Translations under genes and position numbers: made by a program
Origin: Eledone cirrhosa
Lineage: Eukaryota
Direction of reading: 5' to 3'
Assembly: GCA_964016885.1 (NCBI GenBank)
Contig: OZ024742.1
Location: 238,266,001 to 238,330,000, forward strand
DNA: 64,000 bases
Notes under the pieces: model-generated
What the model was told of the DNA's origin: nothing
Databases searched by the model: none
The model's input: only the letters and a program-made list of their open reading frames with translations
In this document: one piece after another, positions 1-11,900 of the stretch
Layout of the letters: each line of letters opens with the position of its first letter
How positions within the stretch are numbered: the stretch's first letter is position 1

Positions 1-99
1 TGAAACATCTGAACTCTACTAACTATTCCTTCAGGAAAAATAAGAAAATACGAGTCCATGCTGACAAAACTAAGAATATATATAATTTGAACTATGAAA

Positions 100-700
100 A
101 ATATATTTATTTTATTTATAAATAACTATTTATAAATTATAAGAAGACCAACCAAACTAAAAGATGATATCAATAGGCAGGGTAAATTATTGCTAAACAA
201 TTTGACCTAGAGTAGTACACCGAACCTTACATTCCTAAAAGACCTAAAAAAAGATTTTAACATCACCATAAGATTAATATGTCTATCAACGTCTGATATA
301 GGTAAAATTAGGTAGAAAATATTAGATAGAATAATTCCACAAATTAGAAAGAACAACACTTAGCCTTTCAGGAAACACAGAAGAAGTATTAGATTGGTTA
401 AAATATTCAGATAGCAAGATTAAATGTTTTACAATTTGACATTAATAACTATTATGCCTCAATGTCTCCTTCTCTATTTAATAAAGCGTTATCCTTCGCT
501 ACTAACCTTGCAAATATAACCAAACTAGAAATTAATACTATTTTAGCTGCTAAACTGACTCTTATTGAATTGAATGGAGACTTGTAGACTAGAAATAACC
601 ACCCTAATGATGTTGATGCCACTATGGTCTCCATTGGCTCGGTCCAAGTTACAGGCTTAGTTGGGCTAGTTCTTAATAAATTAAAATATGGTTTTCCTGC
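100..700 (+). pseudogene. Decayed Penelope-like element (Naiad/Chlamys-type) reverse transcriptase fragment
   Basis: Frameshifted reading gives IRLI..STSDIGKI.RKILDRII, NTEEVLDW, QFDINNYYASMS.SLFNKALSFA and DATM.S..S.QVT.LVGL. These match PLE RT motifs (CRLINP.KS.IGKISK.ILD, QFDI..FYPSI, FDVTMGS.DGAE.C.LVGL). Many stops. Confidence 0.7.
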
Positions 701-779
701 TAAGCGGGTGGTTTATATCTCTTTTTCTTCGAAAATTATACTAACTCAGCTTTAGTGGGGCTTAGAGTGGGGTTTTTAC

Positions 780-1240
<461 letters not shown>

Positions 1241-1362
1241 TATATTTATGTAACCGATGCTATGAGAGAGCAACACTAAATATCAGGCCAGGGCATATCA
1301 ATGAATTGAAACAACAGAAGTAAGCTTTATTTCTTCTTTATGAATTTCTGTTTCAACTTCTA

Positions 1363-1423
1363 GTTGTCTGATGAGGTCATAACTGTTGCATAACGGCTAT
1401 CACCGAAATATATATATAACAGC
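1363..1423 (+). ncRNA. Minimal type I hammerhead ribozyme (PLE-associated)
   Basis: GTTGT-CTGATGA-[GGTCATAACTGTT gcat AACGGCTATCACC, stem II]-GAAA-TATATATATA (palindromic stem III and UH)-ACAGC (pairs with GTTGT). Lies downstream of a PLE RT fragment. Confidence 0.65.
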
Positions 1424-1741
1424 GATTATGAATTATAACCTGTTGATTTGTACTTCCTGTTTATAGTTCTAATACACTGAAAGTTTTCATACAGTATTTG
1501 AGTCGCGTGATGCTGCTGCACCATGCGGTTTTTTACGAGTCATGATTTTATGATATGTATTCAGACAGTCCCTTTTGGGTAGATATATATTTGACAATAC
1601 AATACAACACTCCTTTCACATATATGATCTAGCAGTTATCCTGTATGTATGATAATGTTTCTGCTTGTCCCATATTCTTTGATAAACTCGCCTCCTGTCG
1701 ATAACACTTCAGTTCTTTCAGCATTAATTTTTCCAGTGTCT

Positions 1742-1912
1742 GGGTGGTGGATTGGCAGTATCGGTAGAGGGTCTGACGTCATGCTTTATGGTCTGAGTTC
1801 AAATCCCGCCGAGATTAACTTTGCCTTTCATTCTGATGGGGTCGATAAAATAAAGCACCAGTAATACACTGGGATAATTGCTGGCCTTGTGCCAAATGTA
1901 GAAACAATTAAT
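1742..1912 (+). mobile_element. tRNA-derived SINE, family A
   Basis: A box TGGCAGTATCGG, B box GAGTTCAAATCCC, core GCCTTTCAT..GGGGTCGATAAAATAAAG, tail GCTGGCCTTGTGCC..GTAGAAACAATTA. TSD-like ccaRtgtcttgg on both sides. Confidence 0.85.
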
Positions 1913-2191
1913 TATACCAATGTCTTGGAACTCCAGCTTTTTGAGTTTTCGAAACCATAGTTGGGGCACTATATAGGTTGGAATTAGCTTCCTTTAGCCA
2001 ATTTGACTTGTATTCCCACCAAAGTGTTAATTGGGCTTAAATTTAATATTTTTAATACTTCTCTGAGTGGATTATTGGTTTATCAATTTATTGATATATC
2101 TTATCATTTCATTAAGATGCTTGCGTATTAGAGACACAATTACTTTATAAGGTTGTAAATTAATTATATTTATATATATATATATAGGTAA

Positions 2192-2224
<33 letters not shown>

Positions 2225-2257
2225 TATATATATATATTTATACATATATTTATATAC

Positions 2258-2320
<63 letters not shown>

Positions 2321-2325
<5 letters not shown>

Positions 2326-2545
2326 GGAAAAAATGAAACGAAATTTCATTTCCCACTCTTAGTACGGCTGTTACTTAAATATAAGTATGTACACGTACAT
2401 ACATATATGTATACAGACGTACAGTAGTATGTATATATATATATATACATACATGCACACATATATATATATGTACGTATGGATTCACCGAACATTTATT
2501 ATAATGCTCGGTGTGTTTGTAAACAAACATCCCGTATTAAGCCGT
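2321..2545 (+). mobile_element. One arm of the foldback MITE family seen at 47787-48436
   Basis: aatgaaacgaaatttcatttc.cactcttagtacggc..tacttaaat.taagtatg..atacagacgtacagtag matches the reverse complement of 48320-48430. Abuts (TA)n. Confidence 0.75.
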
Positions 2546-3328
2546 AGTGTCCAGCAACCATCATGCGTGCGTTTGTGTGTGTGTGCGTTGTAAGTAAGTG
2601 TGCGTCGTGGGTTTATGTCTAGTAACACTAGTAACATAGCAGTTAGAGAAATGAAATTGATGAAATACTATAACACTTTCACCATTCATCTTTTTGTCGT
2701 CGGTAAATAATGAGTCAGCCGATGGTCGGTGGATTGGCGGAATCATCAAAGCGTCGGGCGGGATGACGCAACCACTTCCGTCTTTATTCGTTTACGTTTT
2801 ATCTGCCAGGGATTGTGGTTTACAGATAATACCAGCTATGTGAAGATCAATGGAAACACAGTTTCTCCGGTTCGATCTGACGATCGGCCCTCTTCCTTTT
2901 TGAAACCGGAATTTATGTGCTTTCAGCTTTTTTTTTCTTTTATCGTTATAGATAAGTTACCACTGTTTTAAATATATTATATTTTTAATAAAATGTGATT
3001 TTTTCCCCTGTTTGTATTTCCTGAATACTTCAGGCAGATATGTTCAAATAAATTTGCCTTTATCTTCAAACCAAATATTTCTTTAAAATTAGAATTTGAA
3101 AATTTGTTTGATACAATGCAGATAACAATATTAAAAGTTGCTAACTATAAATAATTGTTGAATAAATCAGGAAAAAAAAACTCTAGGAGATGAAAAACGT
3201 CTACGTAATGGTTAAATGTGCTCGCCCAGCATACAAGAGATGCGTGGTTCGTTTTCTCTCTCCAGGGACACTTTAACCGATTTATTGAACTATTATTTAT
3301 AATTATCAATTATTATTATAGTTATCTG

Positions 3329-3513
3329 ACGGTGAATTGGCAGTATCGGTAGAGGGTCGGACGCCATGCTTTGACGCATAGAGTTACGGCCCTTGCCATT
3401 TTGAGTTCAAATCCCGCCGAGGTTAACTTTGCCTTTCATCCTTACAGGGTCGATAAAATAAAGTACCAGTAATCTACTGGGTAATTGCTGGCCTTGTGCC
3501 AAAAGTAGAAACA
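3329..3513 (+). mobile_element. tRNA-derived SINE, family A, with 17 bp TSD
   Basis: Full family A consensus. TSD attattatagttatctg at 3312-3328 and 3514-3530. Confidence 0.9.
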
Positions 3514-4952
3514 ATTATTATAGTTATCTGTATTATGGTGACTATATTATCAAATTTTAAATTTCCTAATGCTACCTAGGTCAACTAATTCTTTAAAATT
3601 GATTATTCTGCTGCAGTTAGCTTTCACAAGCTATAAAATGTTACATGCTAGACATTTTGCCAGAATGATTTCCGATTTTCACATTATATTTTTAATGTAA
3701 GCATGATGCATAAAATTATTGGAAGTGGGATTTAAAATTGGTTTTACTCGTATCTATCCAATTACTTTATTGCCATAGATGAAGTAGTTTGATTTGGCAA
3801 TTGACACTGGATTGTAAATAAATTTAAACACGTCAATGAAACTGGGATAATCTTGGGTCTGATGACCACGGGCAAACTGGGCATTCGGGTATTTGAGCAA
3901 CTCCTGGTGGGTCACTGGATTAAGGGAAAAAACACCTGAAGAACGTCACGGAAACCTAGCTCTGGCCATTAATCAGTGTCGTCTTAGCTGGGCAGTGAAA
4001 ATGTGCCTCTGGCATTTGGCGATCTGTTAATCAGTATCAAATTAGCTGAGTGGAGAAAACACACCGCTGTTAGTAGTTTGTTAGTCAGTGTCGCCCAGGT
4101 GTCCGTAAAAGTTTTAATACCATTCTACTGTTGAGACTTGAAAGCCAGAGGTGTTTAGGTATCAAAAGTATTAAATCCTGTTTCTGTAGAAACAGGTATT
4201 AATCCTTTTGAAACCGAATCGCCTGAAACCACCCCTGCTTATATGATACAAAGCTATTTATTTTAAAGTGTTAATATTCATTTGTTGGGAGAGGAAAAAC
4301 CGATTGTATCGGCCCCAGTAATTGACTGGCACTTTATTTTTTCGATCCCAGAAGGGGTATTGGTGTGATTTGAGCCGAAAGCGTAAAGATCTGCAACTAA
4401 GTGCCGTTCAACATTTTGTCTGACGCTCTAACAATTCTGTCAATCCACCAATCAGCCGTAAATCCGAATTCCAAAGCCACACACCTTCAGAACAGATTAA
4501 TCAATATACATCTAGAATGTCCGTACTTATTTTCACTTGACTTTTCCTTTAACTAGAGAAGTACGGATTCAACTTACGGAAATATCTTCTTATACATTCT
4601 GCCTCAGTATAATACCTTTAGAAAACCTTAAGAAGTAAACTAATTATATGTTACGTCCTATTTTATAGAAATTACTAATTTACAAACATGCTAATCATTT
4701 AAAATGCATTGTCATCACTAAATTACCGTAGTGTATTTTCTATCACTACAGGACACTTTTTTTTTTTTGTCATTTTACCGGGGGAATAAATAATATTCGG
4801 TTTCTTTACCAAATTTTAACAAAGCTTTGCATCGTTGCTGCATTTTGTGAATAGCATGAGAAGAAAAACTTTTCCTTGAGACGGAAAAACAATGTTTAAC
4901 TGAAGTTTGTATTTTATTTAATTTGTCAGTCATTTTGTCAATTGAAGCAGTC

Positions 4953-5095
4953 ATGGCAGTATCGGTAGAGGGTCGGACGCAATGCTTTGCAGCATATTAT
5001 GATCTGAGTTCAAATCCCGCCGAGGTTAACTATGAATTTCATCCTTACGGGGTCGATAAAATGAAGTACCAGTCACAATTGCTGGCCTTGTGCCT
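4953..5095 (+). mobile_element. tRNA-derived SINE, family A
   Basis: Matches the family A head, core and tail. Confidence 0.8.
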
Positions 5096-5444
5096 ATATA
5101 AAAAAACATTATTTGTGTCGTGGTTCTCAAGGCGCTGGATTGACCGAGGTTAACTTTGTCTTTCATCCAACCAGTCAGTTAGTGGGGTGAATGTAATCGA
5201 TTTTCTCTTTCCTCTAAAATTACCTAAATTAGAATCCTTTTCTGTGCCAGGTTTGTAAGTAATAATGTGTTTGAGTGAAATTTCTATTCTGTGTGTAATG
5301 AGTATTTTGTTATCCCAGCGGAGGAAAAAAGATATGTTATGTCTCTCAATCAGCTAGAAATTTTCTTCTGTATTAAAATAATACAAATGGCTATATGATA
5401 CGACAGTATAAATATAAACATATTGTAGTAAAAATTGTATACTG

Positions 5445-5620
5445 AGCGTTTCTGGTTTAGAATAGGTACACTGTATCACTGCGTTTCTGGTTTAGAATAG
5501 GTACACCATATTTCTCTGTATCTGGTTTATAATAGGCACATGTATCTCTTTGTATCTGGTTTAGAATAGGTACATATATCTCAGTGTGTATATGATTTAG
5601 AATAGGTACACCGTATCCCT
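5445..5620. repeat. ~33-35 bp minisatellite (tctggtttagaataggtacac core), about 5 copies
   Basis: Repeated unit visible. Confidence 0.85.
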
Positions 5621-5831
5621 GTGTGTTGTGAGAAGCGACTAAAAAAGATTGGTGCCAAGAAAGGGCAATCGGTTGAAAAACATTGCCTCATAAAAAACCC
5701 CATGAAGCCTGTCAAATAATTAATTGTTTATTTTATTACAGTCAAATTGTTACATCTTTTTATTGTACATTTATTAACTATTGATTTCTCTCTTTGCAGG
5801 CAGGCAACGGGTTGATAATTTTGATAATATC

Positions 5832-5912
5832 ATGCCGTCAAAATCGACACGTGAAAAGCGATCTACGGGGAGATTGAATTTCGGCGAGAAGTCTAATGGT
5901 GCTGGACGTTCG
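5832..5912 (+). CDS. Probable first coding exon of the TRPC-like gene (exon 5800-5912; MPSKSTREKRSTGRLNFGEKSNGAGRS)
   Basis: Polypyrimidine acceptor ttctctctttgcag at 5799, ATG at 5832, consensus donor cg|gtaagt at 5913. The 27 codons end in phase 0, matching the phase 0 acceptor at 25486. The link between the two exons is inference. Confidence 0.5.
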
Positions 5913-5949
5913 GTAAGTAGCAACTGGGACATTACTAACAGATATTATA

Positions 5950-6420
5950 CATTCAAATCCTATCGAGGTCAACCTTGCATTTCGTCCTTCCAAGGTCGAT
6001 AAAATAAGCACCAGTCGATATAATCGACTTTCCCTTCCCCTAAACAATTGCTGGCCTTGTGCCAAAAGTAGAAACCATTATCTATACTAGTAGATTAGCA
6101 GAATCGTAAGAGCATCAGACAAAATGCTTTGAGTTATCTGTTTGGCTCTTTATGTTCTGATTTGAAATACCACCGAGGTCAACTTTGCTTTTCCTCCTTC
6201 AGAGCTCGATAAAATAAAGTATCAATAATATACTGGAGTCGATATAATCGACTTTACTCTCCTCCCACAAAATCACTGGCCTTGTGCCTAAATTCGAAAC
6301 AATTATAAATTGGCAGAATCGTTAGAGCATCGAAAAAAAGGTTAGGCGGTATTTGTCGTGGCTCTTTACTACGTTCTGAATACAAATCCTACTACGGTCA
6401 ACTTTGTCTTTCATTTCTCC
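5950..6420 (+). mobile_element. Cluster of diverged or partial family A SINEs
   Basis: Three successive partial matches to the core GGTCAACTTTGC...GTCGATAAAATA and tail GGCCTTGTGCC. Confidence 0.7.
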
Positions 6421-6714
6421 CATAGTGAGTGTAATGGTTATAGAATTGTAGCTATAAACATTTCTGTCCCAGCAATCTTATGTTGTCAGCCACTTAGGAC
6501 AGCATCCAAGAATTTATATGCTTCTAATTTATGCACATTTATATGCTTCTTAATTTATGCATCGACGGATGCTTTTAATTTATGCGCATGTATTAACGTT
6601 TATGTTGGAGATATGTTCTGCCTACAGAAGTAAAGCAGCAGAAATATTGTACATAATATAGCCGTTTATATGTGATCAATATCATCAATATCCCATTTGT
6701 TAGAATGTAAATAT

Positions 6715-7075
6715 AGATGATGTTAATGATGATGATGATGTTGATGATGATGTTGATGATGACGAGGAGGAGGAGGAGGAGGAGGAGGAGGAGGAGGAAA
6801 TGACTATAGTGATGAGAGGTTGTGATGTTGATGATGACTTTTATGGCGATAATCAAGATGATAATGGTGATGATAATTGTGATGAGGATTTTGATGATGA
6901 TGATGACGGTGGTGACTATGATGAAGATGAGAAGGATGGGGATGGTTGAGATAATTGTGGTGGAAGTGGTGGTGGTGGTGGTGGTGCTGCTGGTAGTGAT
7001 GGTGGTGGTGATTATGACGATAAGAGGAGGCGAAAGATGGTAGTGATGGTAATGAGGTGGATAAGGAAGGACATG
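6715..7075. repeat. (GAT)n/(GAG)n/(GGT)n trinucleotide low-complexity tract
   Basis: Directly visible. Confidence 0.9.
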
Positions 7076-7456
7076 AGGAGGGGCATTAGAGCTATTCCAA
7101 TTCACTTTAAATCTTCATATAGTCTTAACTCAATTTAAAAATACAGCTGTTAAATAAGATTGGAGATACTCAGACGTGATGCCTTGCAGTAAATGTTCCG
7201 ACTGTGTGTGTTCTGAGTACAAATCCCGCCTTCTGCCACCAAAATTTGTGGCACTTCTACTACGATAGTATCAGCAACAGAAATACACTTTTTAATCATT
7301 TATTATAAATATACATCTAAGACAGATATTCTTGCTCCAAATACATTGTATATGAGAAGACACTGCTAGAAATAGCAGCAAAATCTCCTTCAAATCAAAC
7401 TCTATCATCCCCAAAACGAATACATTATTTCATGTAGTCTTCATGTAGTCAATCCA

Positions 7457-7633
7457 TGGGCAGTATCGGTAGAGGGTCGGACACCATGCTTTGCTGCATA
7501 GATTTACGGCCCTTTATGATCTGAGTTCAAATCTCGCCGAGTTTAACTTTGCCTTTCATCCTTACGGGGTCGATAAAATAAAGTACCAGTAATGCTCTGA
7601 AGTAATTGCTGGCCTTGTGCCAAAAGTAGAAAA
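7457..7633 (+). mobile_element. tRNA-derived SINE, family A
   Basis: Consensus match. attatttcatgtagtctt is duplicated at 7424-7441 and 7634-7651. Confidence 0.85.
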
Positions 7634-7894
7634 ATTATTTCATGTAGTCTTAAAAACACAGCTAACAGCAGATGTGACTGACAAATAGTACCAGCAACAG
7701 AAAACCAATGGAAACGTAGTTTCCTTTGGAAGTCCGATCACACAATCGATTCTTTCTTTTCATATATATATATATATATATATACACTAGCTGACAAACC
7801 CAGCTTCGCCCGGGTAAACAGATAAGAGAAGACAGGTAAAAGAGAAAATGATTGTATTGGATGTTTGTCTGGCTACAGTATGAGGCGAGTCCGT

Positions 7895-8193
7895 GGTGTC
7901 TGTGTGATACAAAAAAACAGTAAAATAAATCTTCCAGATATACCAGATTCTTCGTTGTACCGTTTGTGCATAGTATATGAACAATTGTAGGTGCTCCCAC
8001 CTAGAATAGTGACCTCTTGGAGATGGTTCATCTTCTGCATGACTGTAAAACATGTATCATTGCATAGACGTGGTTGTTCCACGTTTCTCAAAAGGATGAT
8101 GGAAGTTCCAATCTTTTATATTATATGTAGATATAGATATAGATAATTAATATGAAAGATGTCCGTCAATGTAAAAAATGGTCCCTATTTACT
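7895..8193 (-). repeat. Left ~300 bp inverted repeat of the Helitron (partner 14206-14502)
   Basis: Near-identical reverse complement of 14206-14502. ORFs 7873-8091(-) and 14307-14522(+) translate almost identically. Confidence 0.95.
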
Positions 8194-8940
8194 CACTTCA
8201 CAACTCTGTGTATGTTAGACTTGCAGACAGGCACACAAACAGATAAACTGCGTGGCGATTGTGGAACGCCGCACGTACACGCATGGAAACGCGTACACGC
8301 ACGCAAACTTACACACACGCACATACTCACACATTTTGATAGTTTTTACTTTCTGTGGAACGCTGCACGCACGCACACACACATAAACATACGCGCACGT
8401 ACATACACACGCACACATGTTAATAGTTACTGCTTCCCTCGCCTCATATTTCCACACACATCACACACACACACACATACGTCTCTACACTGACATATAT
8501 ACATAGTGTATCCAAACACAGCGTTCACTCCCTCATTGGCATTATCTATATATTAATTTCAACAACTTCATTATTCCGTGTGTCATAATTCTTGATTATC
8601 ATTGAACTGAAATTAATATGCATAATGCCAATGAGGGAGTGAGAGGGGAGAGTGTGAACGTTGTGTTCAATAACTATTAACATGTGTGCGTGTGTATGTA
8701 CGTGCGCGTATGTTTATGTGTGTGTGCAGCGTTCCAGAGAAAGTAAAAACTATCAACATGTGTGCGTGTGTAAGTTTGCGTGCGTGTGCGCGTTTCCATG
8801 CGTGTATGTGTGTGGTGTTCCACAATCGCCACGCAGTTTATCTGTCTGTGTACCTGTCTGTCAGTCTAACATACACACAGTTGTGAAGGAAGTAAATAGG
8901 GACCTTTTTTTACATTGACGGACATCTTTTATATTTATTA
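8144..8940. repeat. ~800 bp imperfect palindrome upstream of RepHel
   Basis: 8144-8429 pairs with 8671-8940. 8515-8561 pairs with 8608-8667. Loop at about 8562-8607. Confidence 0.9.
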
Positions 8941-8966
8941 TTGTCATTTTTTGACAATTGCTCGAA

Positions 8967-11900
8967 ATGAATACTGATAATAAAAGCAATTCGACTTTAT
9001 CAAACAGTGAACTTCAGCGGCGACGGCGTGCAGCCAGCAATGAAGAAAAACGGGCCGAACAGCGCCATCGGAACGCCGAACTTCAGAAGCGAAGACGTGC
9101 CGCCATGAATGAAGAGGAGCTGGCTGAACAACGCCAACGAAACGCTGGAGCCAAGCAACGACGGTGTGCTGCGATGGTTGAAGACGAACTGGCTGAACAT
9201 CATCAGCAGATGGCCAGAATTCAGCAGCAACGGCGTGCTGCGATGGATGAAGAGGAGCTGGCTGAACAGCGTCAGCGCAATACAGAAGTTCAGAGAATGT
9301 GTCACAAAGTGCTCCTCATTCCAGTAAAGAGGCTAGAAGGCGAACGGATAATATTAAAAATGGATCATGGCAACCGTGTCATTTTCAGATTGGTGTACGA
9401 GCAGAGTGTCCACATTGTGGGCATTGCTTTGGAGGCACGAAAAGACGTGAACCACAAGGTGCTCTCATAAAGGAGCAGTTCAACTAAAACCTTTGCGAAT
9501 GCCGGTTGGTGAGGAGTTACCGGAGTTTAAAATACTAAGTATGTGGGGTGATCAAGGAGACCGAGGTAGATTACTGCGCAAATATTCACGGCAAATTAAC
9601 AATTCATTAGCTTTAGCATCGCAGAGAGTTAGTGAGATGTTTGAGAGTGGAGCATGACAACCGAATGTAGTCATTCAAGGCCGTGTGTATCATTGTATCG
9701 GTAATTTAGAAGTTACCCCAGGAGAGAGGCCTCGATTCGCTCAAATTTATGTTAACGATCCAGATTATAGTCAATCGAAGGAGTATATCAGGATCGGTTG
9801 GATGAAGTTGCCGGGAAATATAACTGAACTTGAACGGCAAAGGTTAAGTGATTTGATCCGTGATTTACAATCATGGCTTAGACAGTGTAATCCTTATATT
9901 ATGGATTTCATGTTGGTGACTGAACTGCAAAATGTTCAGCAGCAAACATTGGTGATTAAGGCTGACGCAGTGCCAAGGAATCAACACGAACGGCGATATA
10001 ATGCCCCTGAAGGATTTCGTGAAGTTGCTGTGTTGATGGACTAGAAGCCTGGATCGAGAGATATTGTCCTCAATCGCAGAGATGGTGGTCTCAAAGACTA
10101 TCAATGAGTCAAATAGGGCATACGATCCATTGCATTATGTTCTTTTATTCCCAAAAAGTGAAAATGGATGGAACATGTCTGCTCATTTAGATGGTCATGA
10201 GAATCAGCATCAACAGGGAGGTGGCAATAGACACAATAATTCGATTCGCGACTTTTACGCGTTCCATTTGAACGAGAGGAATCAACAGAGAAATGCGCTA
10301 TTCCAAGCCAGCAGATTGTTCCAGAAATACTGTTGTATGGCATTCGTAAAGATCGAAAATCAAAGGCTAAATTATATAGCTACACATCAGCAACATATCA
10401 GAGCTGAATTGTATAATAATATACAGGATGCGATAACAGCCGATGATGCCAATTACAAGCAAATTGGTCGACGGATCATTTTGCCATCGTCGTTCATCGG
10501 CGGCCCGAGATATATGAACATTCGCTACCAGGATACAATGGCTATTGTCAGAAAGTTTGGAAAGCCAGATTTGTTTATAACGGTTACATGCAATCCTGAA
10601 TGGACTGATATTAAGGATGCACTTTTGCCAGGACAGCAGCCAAAGGACCGTCCTGATATTGTGGCAAGAGTATTCAAAGGATATCTGAAAAAGATAATGG
10701 ATGATGTGGAAAAAGAGGGAATCTTTGGAGGTATAGTTGCTTTTACATACGTAATTGAATTCCAAAAAAGAGGATTGCCACATGCACATTTGCTGATCAT
10801 TTTACATAGAGATTGCAAATTGAGATGTGCTGAGGATGTCGACAGCGTTGTGTGTGCTGAACTGCCGGAGAATGAGGCACTACGCAACTTGGTGGCAAAG
10901 TCAATGGTGCACAACCCATGCGGAGTGGAAAATCGGAAAGCGCCTTGCATGAAAAATGGCCAATGCAGTAAGCAATTTCCGAAATCTTTTGTCACGAACA
11001 CTTCCTGGAACGATGGGGACGCTCATCCCTCATACAGAAGACGGTCGCCTGCAGATGGCAGTTTGGTCGAAAATGTAAACGGTTGACAGGCTACAAATCA
11101 ATGGGTTGTGCCATACAATCCATATTTGATTATGAAATATCGTTGTCATATTAATGTGGAAATTTGTAGCTCGGTGAAAGCTTGCAAATATCTATTCAAA
11201 TATGTTTACAAAGGTCATGATCGGGCAATGATCAATGTCAGGAATGAGGAAGCGAACCAAGGAGATGAAGTTGGCAGGTTCCAGGATGTTCGCTCGATTG
11301 GATCTAGCGAAGCTTGCTGGAGATTGTTCGATTTTGATCTCAATGAACGCAAACCCAGCGTTCAGAAACTGACGGTTCACTTAGAGAATAGGCAAATGGT
11401 CTGTTTTCAGGACACTAGAAGAGGTGTCGAAAGAATTGCTAACGCACCACCTCCTAAGACGGAATTGACTGAGTGGTTAAAGCATAATAGGGAACATGCT
11501 TTGAACCCGGATCAAAGGCAACTCTACTGCGATTTCCCTTCGCACTATATGTGGGATAAGAGGGGAAAAACATGGAATGATAGGAAACAAAAGTTGAGAT
11601 TCATGACTATTGGACGGGTTTGTAATGTCCATCCAGCATCTGGTGATGTGTTTTATCTCCGAATTCTGTTGCATAAATGATTTTTCGAGAGGTAAATAGA
11701 GCTTCGCTGATTTGTAAACAATCAATGGCGTGGAATATGAAAAATACCAGGCTGTGTGTCAGTATCTGGGACTTCTTCAGGATGACGCTGAATGGACTAA
11801 CGCCATGGAAGCTGCAGGAACAATACAGATACCAGCTCAAATAAGGCAGTTGTTTGTCACGATTCTAGGATTCTGCAATGCTGCCGATCCAAGAGAGTTA

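Noticed and set aside
1742-1912. tRNA gene call for SINE heads
   Set aside because: A and B boxes are present but there is no full cloverleaf. The sequences are multi-copy with a shared core, tail and TSDs, so they are SINEs.
5445-5620. CRISPR-like repeat/spacer appearance (also 63790-64000)
   Set aside because: Eukaryotic context, intervening sequences are similar to each other, and there are no cas genes. These are minisatellites.
6593-7105. Poly-Thr/Ile/Leu/Met ORFs (also 37150-37519)
   Set aside because: Trinucleotide repeats with no splice or domain evidence.
7662-8091. Near-identical short ORFs here and at 14307-14522
   Set aside because: A by-product of the inverted repeat; no recognisable protein.
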